This document shows positions 49,878 to 59,113 of a stretch of 64,000 nucleotides of DNA, one piece after another; positions within the stretch are counted from its first letter, which is position 1; every line of letters begins with the position of its first letter. The translations under genes and the position numbers were made by a program. This DNA is from Kiritimatiellia bacterium (GTDB lineage: Bacteria; Verrucomicrobiota; Kiritimatiellia; RFP12; UBA1067). Where the stretch lies: the NCBI GenBank assembly GCA_028700415.1, contig JAQVSS010000001.1, positions 955 to 64,954 on the forward strand. Reading direction: 5' to 3'. Under the pieces are notes generated by a model. It worked only from the letters and a program-made list of their open reading frames with translations. It was not told where the DNA came from and made no database searches.

Positions 49878-49931
49878 GGCAAGGACGCCTCCCCGAGGCG
49901 TCCGCGGCGGGTTCGCGGAATCCACCCTACC
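49878..49931. repeat. decayed inverted REP-like doublet of a second family
   Basis: GGACGCCTC-CCC-GAGGCGTCC hairpin next to GGCGGGTTC-GCG-GAATCCACC+CTACC (GGTAG foot on minus strand). Confidence 0.55.
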
Positions 49932-50113
49932 TCATCAGGCATCGGTCATACCAAAACTCAAACGCTCTTGTAGTCAACACACTCACAATCTTAGTTTTTT
50001 CACCACGATTTCCGACAGCTTCGCTTCGGCGGGGAGAAATCCGAGATTGGTATCACTCGTGCCTTGCCGACCGACAATGCCAATAAAAAACACGTCGTTG
50101 CAGCACCTGAACA

Positions 50114-50225
50114 AACAGCAGATTGACGAATGATGAGTTCCGAATCATGGAGGAGAGAGTCCTGACTGCGTATGGGGTGATTTCCTTCGACATTCTGCGG
50201 TTCAGTATTCGGCAATCTGCGGTTC
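50114..50225. repeat. short inverted/direct repeat element
   Basis: AACAGCAGATTGACGAAT (50114-50131) is inverse to 50207-50224 at 16/18; 18-bp direct repeat at 50186-50203 and 50208-50225. Confidence 0.55.
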
Positions 50226-50253
50226 AATTGGGGTGCGGGCTGTGCCCAGCCCC

Positions 50254-53223
50254 CTACTTTCCGGCCAGAACCAACTTGACGTGGTTGGCATAGGCGCCGC
50301 GCGGATCGTTGGCATAGGCGCGCAGCACTTTCCCGCCGCGGCCTTCAAAGTCGCCGAGCCGGTACAGGGCACGCGCGACCGCCAACTCACGCAGGCAGGC
50401 GGAACGCTCCTTGTCGCCTTCCCGGTTCGCATAGTTCGGGATCACCGGCAGCTTGGCCTGCATGGCGAACGCGTGCCCGCTCACGCCTTCTTTCGCAAGC
50501 AGCGCTCCCAGCACCGGCGCGGCCGACGTGTCACCGATCAGCTCCAGCGCCATCGCGACCGCGCGGAAATGCGAAAACTCATTCGTGGCGCTCAGCGACT
50601 GCGCTTTCTCAAACAGCGCCGGCAGCGCCAGCTTCGATTTGGCACGTCCGAGCGCAATCACATAACTGTCCACCCAGCTCACGCTGCGGTTGAACTGCCC
50701 CATGCCGCGGTAATTCCAGCCCGTGTCCCATGACAAGCCCTTCACCTTTTCGATCAATTCCTTCGCGCCGTCCGCCTGCCCCATCATGCCGAGCACGTGC
50801 GCGTAGACAAACCGCGCCCCGGGCGTGGGTGCTTTCGCGTAGGCGTCCTTGAGCTGCGGCAAGCTGCGCCCGTAGTCGGCCAGCACCACCGCGAGCCCCT
50901 GATAATTGTTCGTAAGCGTCGCGACCGCCCCGGCGAACGCGGCGTCCGGCAGCGGGAAAGAATCCTTCATGGCGAGCACCGCTTCCGGCACGATTCCCTT
51001 CTCGACCAGATGCCGTTGCAGCGCACGCATGTCCACGTTGCGCGCCGTCACGCCCGCTTTCACCGCCATGGCAGCCGCCGTACCCGCCGCATACCCCTGG
51101 TTCTGCACATCGGGCTGCATGCGGAGAATCGGCATGGCGTCGCGGTGCGCGCTGATGCCCAGCCCCGTCACCAGCAGCCCCTCCAGTTTCTTCGGCAGCA
51201 GACAGCGGTACGGCAGGTTCACTTTCATGCCCTTGTGCCCCGGATCTTCTATGAAAAACTGCTCATGCACCGTGTGCCCGTGCGAGTCGAAGTTGCTGAA
51301 CGGCTGCACCACCACGTCCGGATAGGTGCGCCCGTTCACCACGTCCAGCGGCGACATGAAGAACGCGCCGACCAGCCGACGCCGCTCTCGGCTGTTGATG
51401 ACCTGCGCCTGATCCCAGATACCCGCGCCCATGCTGCAACGCGAACGCAGCGCGAAAAAGCAGAGGTCGGCCGCATCGGTGTCGTCCAGAAACCCGATGT
51501 CCGTGTTCGTGTAGCTCGCGCCCATGTTGCGCGGCGTCTGTCCAACCCCCTGCAGCGCGACTTCGGCGGAGGTGATGAACTCGGTCTCCTCTCCCGCCAG
51601 CGCGGCCAGCTCGGCATTCCCCGTGCCGTCGATCGCGACCCTGCAGCGGATCACCCCGCGCCCGCCGTCCGGCGTCAGCACCACCACGCCGGTCAGGCGG
51701 CCGTTCTCGACGATCACGCCGTTCACCATGGTGCCGTACCACACCTCGGCCCCGGCCTTGCGGCTCTGGCTGCGGTACCACTCCGACTTGCACTGGGAGA
51801 AGACCGCACCGGTTTCCTTGACGCCTCTGTCGATCTCACAGGTGAAGCCCACCCGGTTACCCCAGTAGTAGAGGCCGATCAGTCCGTCGGTCTGCACGCC
51901 GCCCATCTGGTAAATGTATTCGCACACGATGGTCCTGACCCCCTGCCGCGCGGCCGCGATGCCCGCGGGAGCGCCGCCCGTGCCCGCGCCTGCGACCAGC
52001 ACCTCGCACTCGGCCAGCACCGGCAACTCGCGAGCTTCTGCCAGCACCGTGCCCGACGCATTGCTCAAATACGAGGGCAAGCCCTTGGCGTGTTCGCCGA
52101 CCGCCACGCCGGCGCGCGGCGCCAACAGATTCCCGCCGACGCGCACGTCTTTCACAGCGGGGCGCTGCGCCGCGACCTTGGCCGCTTCCACGCCAACCCG
52201 CTCGCCCAAAGCCATCAGGTTGCCGGGTTTCATCACCTGCTCCGCCGCCTGACGCGACACATCCGCCATGGCGCCGAGCACAAACAGATACTCCGTTCCA
52301 GCAGGCTGGAAGGCTTTCAGATCCAAAGCGTCCACTCCCTGCCACGGAGCCTGAGACGAGGCCTTGCCCGTGATGCGGTCCGGGGGAACCAGCGAAAGCG
52401 TGTCCGCCGACTCCAACTGCGAGGGCACAAAGGTTAAGTCGCGCGCCTTCTGTTCCGCCTCGGCGAAAGACCGCCCCGAACCGTCCTTCATCGGCAGATC
52501 GATCTCGCACATGAACATGCGGCCCCGAATCGTATCGGGCATGCCTTTGGGAGCTTTGATGCCGGTCACGCGAGCGTTGTAAAGCCCGAACAGTTCCTTG
52601 ACGCGCACGCCTTCGGCACGCGGGGCTTCCCCCGCCACCACCATGCGCGTAAACGTATACGTGCCTGCTGCGAACGGCGTGGCCTGCCCGCCCGCCGCAC
52701 GCGCCAACAGCCCGCGCTCCGTCGCGTCGATCACCACCTTGGCCCTGATGACCTGACGCCCGCTGCGGTTCGCGATCACGACGCCCGCGATTTTTCCGGA
52801 TGCGTCCCTCAACGGTTCAGTCGCGTGTGTGCCGGTCAGGAACGGGATGCCCGCGTTGAGCAGCGCCTCATCCAACGTTTTCTTCACCTTGAGCGGCGTA
52901 GTCCGGTCCGCCACATCCGCACCGGCCCCGGTGAACATCAATTTGGACAGCCCGCACCGCGTGTCCTCCTCGGCATCCATCCGCAAACGCAGTTTGCCGG
53001 CCATGTCCTCGCCCAAGTACGGGCGCGGCGCGGCCACGAACACCTTTGCGCCCGCTTCCGCCGCCTTGCGCGCCGCCGCCACGGCGCCGGAGGAGCCCCC
53101 GACCACCACGACATCCACATCCTGAACGAGCGGCAGCGTTTTCTCTTGCTCCACGATGCCGGCCGCAGCCGCACAAGCGAGGCAACCCGCCAAGGCACCA
53201 ACCGGCCATATTCCCTTTGACAT
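50254..53223 (-). CDS. exported tandem FAD-dependent oxidoreductase (two FAD_oxidored modules + HEAT-like tail)
   Basis: Signal peptide; VVVGGSSG...IDATERG and VAGAGTGG...IDGTGNA, RERRR, LPYRCLLP, RMQPD. Confidence 0.85.
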   Translation of the reverse strand: MSKGIWPVGALAGCLACAAAAGIVEQEKTLPLVQDVDVVVVGGSSGAVAAARKAAEAGAKVFVAAPRPYLGEDMAGKLRLRMDAEEDTRCGLSKLMFTGAGADVADRTTPLKVKKTLDEALLNAGIPFLTGTHATEPLRDASGKIAGVVIANRSGRQVIRAKVVIDATERGLLARAAGGQATPFAAGTYTFTRMVVAGEAPRAEGVRVKELFGLYNARVTGIKAPKGMPDTIRGRMFMCEIDLPMKDGSGRSFAEAEQKARDLTFVPSQLESADTLSLVPPDRITGKASSQAPWQGVDALDLKAFQPAGTEYLFVLGAMADVSRQAAEQVMKPGNLMALGERVGVEAAKVAAQRPAVKDVRVGGNLLAPRAGVAVGEHAKGLPSYLSNASGTVLAEARELPVLAECEVLVAGAGTGGAPAGIAAARQGVRTIVCEYIYQMGGVQTDGLIGLYYWGNRVGFTCEIDRGVKETGAVFSQCKSEWYRSQSRKAGAEVWYGTMVNGVIVENGRLTGVVVLTPDGGRGVIRCRVAIDGTGNAELAALAGEETEFITSAEVALQGVGQTPRNMGASYTNTDIGFLDDTDAADLCFFALRSRCSMGAGIWDQAQVINSRERRRLVGAFFMSPLDVVNGRTYPDVVVQPFSNFDSHGHTVHEQFFIEDPGHKGMKVNLPYRCLLPKKLEGLLVTGLGISAHRDAMPILRMQPDVQNQGYAAGTAAAMAVKAGVTARNVDMRALQRHLVEKGIVPEAVLAMKDSFPLPDAAFAGAVATLTNNYQGLAVVLADYGRSLPQLKDAYAKAPTPGARFVYAHVLGMMGQADGAKELIEKVKGLSWDTGWNYRGMGQFNRSVSWVDSYVIALGRAKSKLALPALFEKAQSLSATNEFSHFRAVAMALELIGDTSAAPVLGALLAKEGVSGHAFAMQAKLPVIPNYANREGDKERSACLRELAVARALYRLGDFEGRGGKVLRAYANDPRGAYANHVKLVLAGK

Positions 53224-53243
53224 ATTTTTTCCGTTTCTCCGCC

Positions 53244-53978
53244 TCAGCGCCGGCACTTGCCGAAAACCAGACGCCGCGCGGCCAGCAAAAACAGGTCGAA
53301 CAGCATGCGTCCACCGCTGGAGAAAACCTTCACCGTCGAGTGCCCGCTGTAATCCCAGTCGACGGGGACTTCCTCAACCCGATACCCCAAATCGCGCGCC
53401 AAGGCGATCATCTCCACGTCGAACGCGAACCGCCTTGTACGCAGCCGCCCAAAGACCTCTTTGGCCGGACCCGCGCGGAACAGCTTAAAGCCGCACTGCG
53501 TGTCGCGGATGCCCCGCACGCCCGCCGCACGCACAAGCAGGTTGAAAATCCGGCTCAGCACCCTGCGGTGCAACGGCGGCGGCCTGCCGATATGCGCGCC
53601 TCGCACGGCGCGCGAACCGCAGGCCATGTCTGCCCCCGCATCAACCGCGGCCTTCAGACGAAGCCAGTCTTCCAGCGGCGTCGAGAGATCCGCGTCGGAC
53701 ATCAGCACCAGATCCCCCTGAGCCGCCAACACGCCGGTCTTCACGGCATATCCCTTGCCCCGGTTAACAGGGTAACGGATCAACTGCAGCCGCGGCGTAC
53801 CGCCTTTTGAGATAAAGTCCCGGATGACCTCCGAACACGGGTCAGGCGAACCGTCATCGACAAAGATCGCGTCGGCCACCGCATGCTCCGACGCGTCCAC
53901 AAAAGCCGCCACCTTCTTCAACGACTCGGCGAGCCGCAGGTGCTCCTTATAAACAGGAATGACCAGAGTCAACCGCAT
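53244..53978 (-). CDS. GT2 glycosyltransferase, dolichyl-phosphate beta-glucosyltransferase-like
   Basis: VIPVYKE, VDDGS, NRGKGYAV, DADLST, DTQCGFKLF, FAFDVE. Confidence 0.92.
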   Translation of the reverse strand: MRLTLVIPVYKEHLRLAESLKKVAAFVDASEHAVADAIFVDDGSPDPCSEVIRDFISKGGTPRLQLIRYPVNRGKGYAVKTGVLAAQGDLVLMSDADLSTPLEDWLRLKAAVDAGADMACGSRAVRGAHIGRPPPLHRRVLSRIFNLLVRAAGVRGIRDTQCGFKLFRAGPAKEVFGRLRTRRFAFDVEMIALARDLGYRVEEVPVDWDYSGHSTVKVFSSGGRMLFDLFLLAARRLVFGKCRR

Positions 53979-54024
53979 GTCCCATTCCCCATCTTTTTCC
54001 CGAAAAAGCCCTCGCCACCGCCGT

Positions 54025-56670
54025 CTATGCGCCGGTCAAGACGGCAAACGCCTCCCGGCTGTTTCTCGCCGCCAGCAAGGCCTCAAGCCGCTCACCCGCC
54101 AGCAGCTGCTTCAAAACCGCCTCGATCTCGCCATATGCCGCAGCCGCCGAAACCGGGTAAAGAACCATCACACAGACGCGGGGCGTCCCCCCCTGCGAAC
54201 CAGGCCCTTTCGCGCTGACGCCCAGCGCGGCGACCATCCGGTCCACACTCTGCGTCTGCACGGGAAACACCACGGCCGACTCGCCAATCGCGACGGGCGG
54301 GCGTTCCGAGGAAACCTGCACGTCTTTGCGGGCTTCCTCCAGCGAGCCAACAGTGCCGCTGCGCGTGCATAAGGCCAACAGCAGGGTCAAGACCTGTCCC
54401 CGCTCACTCGTGGGCAGGTCAAGCGCGATGCTTTGCCACGCCAGACAGTTGGCCAAGGCCGTCTGCCGGCCGCGCCGCGGCACTGCCCGCTCGGCCCCCG
54501 TCAGCACCCCAAACATGTCCTCCGGCGTGTCGCACGCCAACAGGTCGGCACGCCCCTGCTCGTCAAGCAACCGGCACAGCTCGGCAATGACCTGCAGCTG
54601 CGGCGTCCCCGCATGCTCAGGCGCCAACACCAGCACGACGATGCGGGTCGGGCGGCCATCGGCCGCGCCGAATTCCAGCCCCTCTTTTTTCAGCCCCACC
54701 GCGCAGACCAGTTGCCGCACGGCATCCGTCCGCGCATGAGGCATGGCAACGCCGTACTCCAATCCGGTGGAGAGGCTCTGCTCGCGGTCGAGCACCGCTT
54801 GAAGCGCACGCGCCCGGTCCGACACAAGCCCGTTTTCAAAAAGCGCATTCACCAACTCCGAAATGACGCCCTGCCGAGTCGTTGCCAAAAGCCGCGGCTT
54901 ACACGTCTCCGCCACAATCCGGTTACGCAGGACACCCGACGCGACGCCGCCCTTCACCTGGGAGGGCTGCATGCTTTTGCGCAGCAGCACATCGTCCAGC
55001 GGCCTGCGCAATTCACGCAAGCTTTGCTCCACGCCTGACGACAGCTCAAGCATCACCGTGTTCACCAGCGGGCGCTCGCGCTCGGAACACTCGAAGACGA
55101 CCTCGCCCTCGCGGCTATACAGGTGGATCACCTGCGTCTCCCGGCTGATCCGGTAGAGGGTCTCATGCCGGTTGAGCAGCTGCGCGTAGAACCCCTCGTC
55201 CTCAAAGATCTCCACCACCCGGCTCACCATCATCAGCGCCGCCTGGTGGGACTGGAATTGAAAAACGACCCGGACCGGATCAGGGAGCACATAGCGGCCA
55301 CGCATCCCGTTCCCGCCCCACATAAACAGCCGGTCGGTCAGAAACGGCATGCACACGCAGGAGGACGCCACCAGAAGGATCACCCCAAAAAGGAAGCCCT
55401 CCGGCAGCGCCACCACTCCCATCACCGCCGCCAACAGCGCCAGCGACAACCCGCCGCGCGGCAGCGTCACCACGCCCACACGCAAACACCCGAACGCGTT
55501 CAGCCCGGCCGTCGCCGCCGCCGCCGAACATCCCGCAAACTTCGCCAAAACCGCCGCGCCGGCAAACAGCGCGGCAGCGCCCAGCACCGCCTCGTTCGCC
55601 AGCAGGTTGGGGTTCAAACGCATACCCAGTGTCGCAAAACAGGCGGGCACCAGCACCATGCTGACGAAATCGAGCCGTTCGCGTATCTCATGCCGGAAAT
55701 CCGTGGATGAGAACGCGATGCCCATCACGTACGCTCCCGACATCACCGGCAACCCGCAGGTGCCCATCACGCCCCCCGCCATCAGCAGGCAGGCCGCCGA
55801 AACCACAAACGCCCGCGCATAATTTTTTTCCCGCATCGCCAACGCATTCATATGCCGGGCGATCGGGATACCGAAAAGCGCCACCGCACCAAATCCCAGC
55901 ACCGTCCGCACCACCATTTTCACGATCAGCACGCCGGAACTCTCAGTCCCCTGCGCCACCGCTTCAGCCACACCGGCGGCGACGGTGAAAAAAAGCAACC
56001 CCAAAACGTTATCGGTCATCGCCGCCGTAAACGCCACCGCTCCCGCAGGCGATTCCAGACGCTGCCGGGCCGCCAACATGCGGGCCAACACGCCCACAGA
56101 GGTTACCGACACCACCGTGCTGACCAGCAACGCCTGCGGCGCCACCCACGTCAGCGGGGTTCCCGTCAACGTTCCCGACACGCGCACCAGCACGGCAAGC
56201 ACCACCCCGAACGAGAAAAGGAAACCGCACAACCCCGCCGCAACGCCTCCCGCCGAATACCGCCGGACCTGGCGCAGGTCGGTGTCGAGCCCGGTCAGGA
56301 AAAAAAGCACAACCAGCGTGACCGTCATCACCCCGTTGAGCGGGCTTTGCGCAGCCAAAAGTCCGCCGACATCGCCCATCAGCCCGTCGGGGAAGAACGG
56401 CAAGGCCAACCCGCCCAACAGATACGGCCCGACCAACACACCCGCGGTCAGCTCACCCAACACCACCGGCAGATGCCCGCGCTCAAAGAGCGCGCCCCCG
56501 ACTTTGGCGGCGAAAACCAGGACCCCCAGTTGCAGGATGAACCGCGCGGACGACACGGTTATCGCCGGATGCGCCGCGCCCGCTTCACCGGCCCAAACGG
56601 CCGTCACGGGAAAGGCCAACGCGGCAAGGACAACCGCCATCTTTTTTATGCCCCGTGTGTGCATAGCCAC
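54025..56670 (-). CDS. CPA2-type cation:proton antiporter fused to two PTS EIIA-like domains
   Basis: VLGELTAGVLVGP, GLDTD, TSVGV, PRGG; EIIA motif RE..LSTGL..GVAMPHAR; second EIIA degenerate. Confidence 0.87.
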   Translation of the reverse strand: MAMHTRGIKKMAVVLAALAFPVTAVWAGEAGAAHPAITVSSARFILQLGVLVFAAKVGGALFERGHLPVVLGELTAGVLVGPYLLGGLALPFFPDGLMGDVGGLLAAQSPLNGVMTVTLVVLFFLTGLDTDLRQVRRYSAGGVAAGLCGFLFSFGVVLAVLVRVSGTLTGTPLTWVAPQALLVSTVVSVTSVGVLARMLAARQRLESPAGAVAFTAAMTDNVLGLLFFTVAAGVAEAVAQGTESSGVLIVKMVVRTVLGFGAVALFGIPIARHMNALAMREKNYARAFVVSAACLLMAGGVMGTCGLPVMSGAYVMGIAFSSTDFRHEIRERLDFVSMVLVPACFATLGMRLNPNLLANEAVLGAAALFAGAAVLAKFAGCSAAAATAGLNAFGCLRVGVVTLPRGGLSLALLAAVMGVVALPEGFLFGVILLVASSCVCMPFLTDRLFMWGGNGMRGRYVLPDPVRVVFQFQSHQAALMMVSRVVEIFEDEGFYAQLLNRHETLYRISRETQVIHLYSREGEVVFECSERERPLVNTVMLELSSGVEQSLRELRRPLDDVLLRKSMQPSQVKGGVASGVLRNRIVAETCKPRLLATTRQGVISELVNALFENGLVSDRARALQAVLDREQSLSTGLEYGVAMPHARTDAVRQLVCAVGLKKEGLEFGAADGRPTRIVVLVLAPEHAGTPQLQVIAELCRLLDEQGRADLLACDTPEDMFGVLTGAERAVPRRGRQTALANCLAWQSIALDLPTSERGQVLTLLLALCTRSGTVGSLEEARKDVQVSSERPPVAIGESAVVFPVQTQSVDRMVAALGVSAKGPGSQGGTPRVCVMVLYPVSAAAAYGEIEAVLKQLLAGERLEALLAARNSREAFAVLTGA

Positions 56671-56684
56671 CTTGTGCGGACTGT

Positions 56685-57347
56685 TTACCCATTCTGCCGA
56701 TTAATCAGCGCGGCGGCCACTCCCGCGCCAAACCCGTTGTCGATATTCACCACCGTCACGCCAGCGGCGCAGGAATTGAGCATGCCGAGCAAGGCGGCGA
56801 CCCCTTGGAAACTCGCGCCGTAGCCCACGCTGGTGGGCACAGCGATCACCGGTTTGTCGGTGAGCCCGCCCACCACGGACGGCAACGCGCCTTCCATGCC
56901 CGCCACCACCACAATCACCTGCGCATCCGCAAACCGATCCAGGCGCGAAAGCAGCCGGTGCAGACCTGCCACACCCACATCGAAAATTCGCTCGACCCGC
57001 GCGCCCAGCCGCTCCGCGGTCACTGCCGCCTCCTCCGCCACCGCGATATCGGAAGTCCCGGCGCAAAGCACCGCAACCTTTCCCGTCCGCATGGGCAGCG
57101 GAGCCACATCACACGTCAGGATCCGCGCGTCCGCCCGATAGACCGCCCCGGACAACTCCGCGCAGACGGCATCCGCCTGTTCCGGCGTCACACGCGTGGC
57201 AAAAGCGTTTTGCCCCGCCGCATTCAAGGCGCGCATGATGGCGGCGATCTGCCCCGCGGTTTTGCCCGCGCCGTAGATCACTTCCGGCATGCCCCGCCGG
57301 TGCTGGCGATCATAATCCGGTTTCGCAAAATGGAGGTCATCGTTCAT
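56685..57347 (-). CDS. larB: nickel-pincer cofactor biosynthesis protein LarB (PurE-like)
   Basis: [54 protein letters not shown]; start ATG 57347. Confidence 0.92.
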   Translation of the reverse strand: MNDDLHFAKPDYDRQHRRGMPEVIYGAGKTAGQIAAIMRALNAAGQNAFATRVTPEQADAVCAELSGAVYRADARILTCDVAPLPMRTGKVAVLCAGTSDIAVAEEAAVTAERLGARVERIFDVGVAGLHRLLSRLDRFADAQVIVVVAGMEGALPSVVGGLTDKPVIAVPTSVGYGASFQGVAALLGMLNSCAAGVTVVNIDNGFGAGVAAALINRQNG

Positions 57348-57910
57348 TGCGTTTCTTTTGGGAAAAATCGTTGGATGCCCGTCACCAAGGCATTGAAACT
57401 TTTGGATGTGTTGCGAGTCAGCGACAAATGAGGTGCAATGGAGCGCGAACCGGATATGTGCTGGTATTTTCCGCATGTCAATTTCTCAAGTTCGTCACTC
57501 GGATTAACGATCTCGTCAGGCACACGGTATTTCGCCTTGACCGCCGACCTTGAAAGATTGGTGATACAAAGGCCTTTTTCCACGGCGGACAAATCGCCGA
57601 AATAGAAACTTTCAAGTTCACGGCAGGCGATACGGACGAGAATGGGATGCTTCCCTGTTTCGCGGCACAACCGGTTCAGCCGCTCTTTAACTTCCGTACA
57701 CACGCTGGAATCCTGATCTCTCATGACGAGAAAAACTGAATCCGGGTTCTGCCAATTTCTTATTTTCCGCACCAGTTGTTTTTCCAAGTCCTGCTTACCC
57801 TCAAAAACAATATAAAACGGAGCGACCGCTTTGGGCAAAATTCTGGGCAAGACAACGGCCAGCAGGGCTTTTGCAGATTCCTCTTCCAAAAGGCAGACAA
57901 AGTGAGTCAT
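57344..57910 (-). CDS. DUF4276-like TOPRIM-fold protein
   Basis: CLLEEES (acidic), FEGKQDL, MRDQD (DxD), [18 protein letters not shown] overlaps on both sides. Confidence 0.8.
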   Translation of the reverse strand: MTHFVCLLEEESAKALLAVVLPRILPKAVAPFYIVFEGKQDLEKQLVRKIRNWQNPDSVFLVMRDQDSSVCTEVKERLNRLCRETGKHPILVRIACRELESFYFGDLSAVEKGLCITNLSRSAVKAKYRVPDEIVNPSDELEKLTCGKYQHISGSRSIAPHLSLTRNTSKSFNALVTGIQRFFPKETQ

Positions 57911-59100
57911 TGAGGGTCAGCAGCTCCAAAGAATCCTTGTTTCCACAGGTACCCCATCTGGTCGCCATCCTCCATGTAGGCAGCGACCTGCTTGTTCTCT
58001 GAAGCACGTTGGATTTTTGTGTACCCCCCTTGTTTTTCCAGCCAGAAGACCTCGTCAAGCTTGGCCGCGTTCAGGAAATCGGGACTGTGGGTGGAAACGA
58101 AAACCTGTCCGCCCCGGTTCGCATAGGATCTGAACTCCTCGGCCAATTCGGCAAGCAGTTTGGGATACAACTGGTTTTCCGGTTCCTCCACGCACAACAG
58201 CGGATGGGGAGCCGGATCATGGAGCAGGATGAGATACGCCAACATCTTGATTGTTCCGTCCGAAACGTATCGTGCGAGGAAGGGGTCTTCAAAGGCACCG
58301 TCTCGGAAACGCAACAACACCCGCCCTTCCTCAGTCGTTTTGGCATCAACGGAAGATATTCCGGGAATCCGACGCTTCAAGGCTTCGAGAATCACGTCAA
58401 ATGTTTTCTTGTGACGCTGATAGAGATATTGCGTGACCAGCGACAGGTTCTCCCCTTCACGAGACAGGTGCTCCGCATATCCCGCCTCCTGTTCAGGTCG
58501 CGCCCGGCTGATGTGAAAATCGGAAACATGCCAATTCTCAATCAGTGTCCCGAGGGCGACAACGGCCGGGAATCGCTGGAACTGCGCGAGCCCTTTGACC
58601 GCGAGAATATCCTTAGACTTGAGCGTCTGCCGTTCACGTTGTAATTCACTCTCGTCGTGGAAAGAATCCAAATCCACTTCGTTGATGACGGCCTCACCCG
58701 TGCCGTTCGAAAAGTCCAGAAAATGCCACGGTTGCCCCCGTCGCCCCCGTCGGTATTTAAGAACCTCACGTTCGACAACGACTTCCCCCCTCGTCTGATG
58801 AATAGTCACCGCGTACGTAATCAACGGCGATTTAGGATTATCACGGAATTTCAGTTCGATTTCAATTGGTCCGTTGGTGCCCCGACTGACCACCTCCTCG
58901 AAACCGCGCGCACCCCCCAGTTTTGCAAGCGCGGTTGTCACATTGTCGGTTAATGCGTCTTTCAAAAAGCCGAACAGACTAAAGAGTGTGCTTTTGCCCG
59001 ACCCATTGGCACCGACAAGCACACAGAAACTCGGAATGTCACGCATTTCAACATCCCGGAATGCTCTAAAATTTTTCAGCCGGATGGCTTCGATTCTCAT
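57907..59100 (-). CDS. AAA_21 / ABC-type ATPase
   Basis: IRLKNFRAF, Walker A GANGSGKS, signature VSDGT, Walker B VEEPENQL, STHS. Confidence 0.92.
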   Translation of the reverse strand: MRIEAIRLKNFRAFRDVEMRDIPSFCVLVGANGSGKSTLFSLFGFLKDALTDNVTTALAKLGGARGFEEVVSRGTNGPIEIELKFRDNPKSPLITYAVTIHQTRGEVVVEREVLKYRRGRRGQPWHFLDFSNGTGEAVINEVDLDSFHDESELQRERQTLKSKDILAVKGLAQFQRFPAVVALGTLIENWHVSDFHISRARPEQEAGYAEHLSREGENLSLVTQYLYQRHKKTFDVILEALKRRIPGISSVDAKTTEEGRVLLRFRDGAFEDPFLARYVSDGTIKMLAYLILLHDPAPHPLLCVEEPENQLYPKLLAELAEEFRSYANRGGQVFVSTHSPDFLNAAKLDEVFWLEKQGGYTKIQRASENKQVAAYMEDGDQMGYLWKQGFFGAADPQ

Positions 59101-59113
59101 TTCGTTTACCCCT

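Noticed and set aside
57348..57476. N-terminal extension of LarB, and similar extensions of gatB, coaD, ruvA, ctpA
   Set aside because: They overlap upstream genes; downstream starts give canonical lengths with RBS or ATGA coupling
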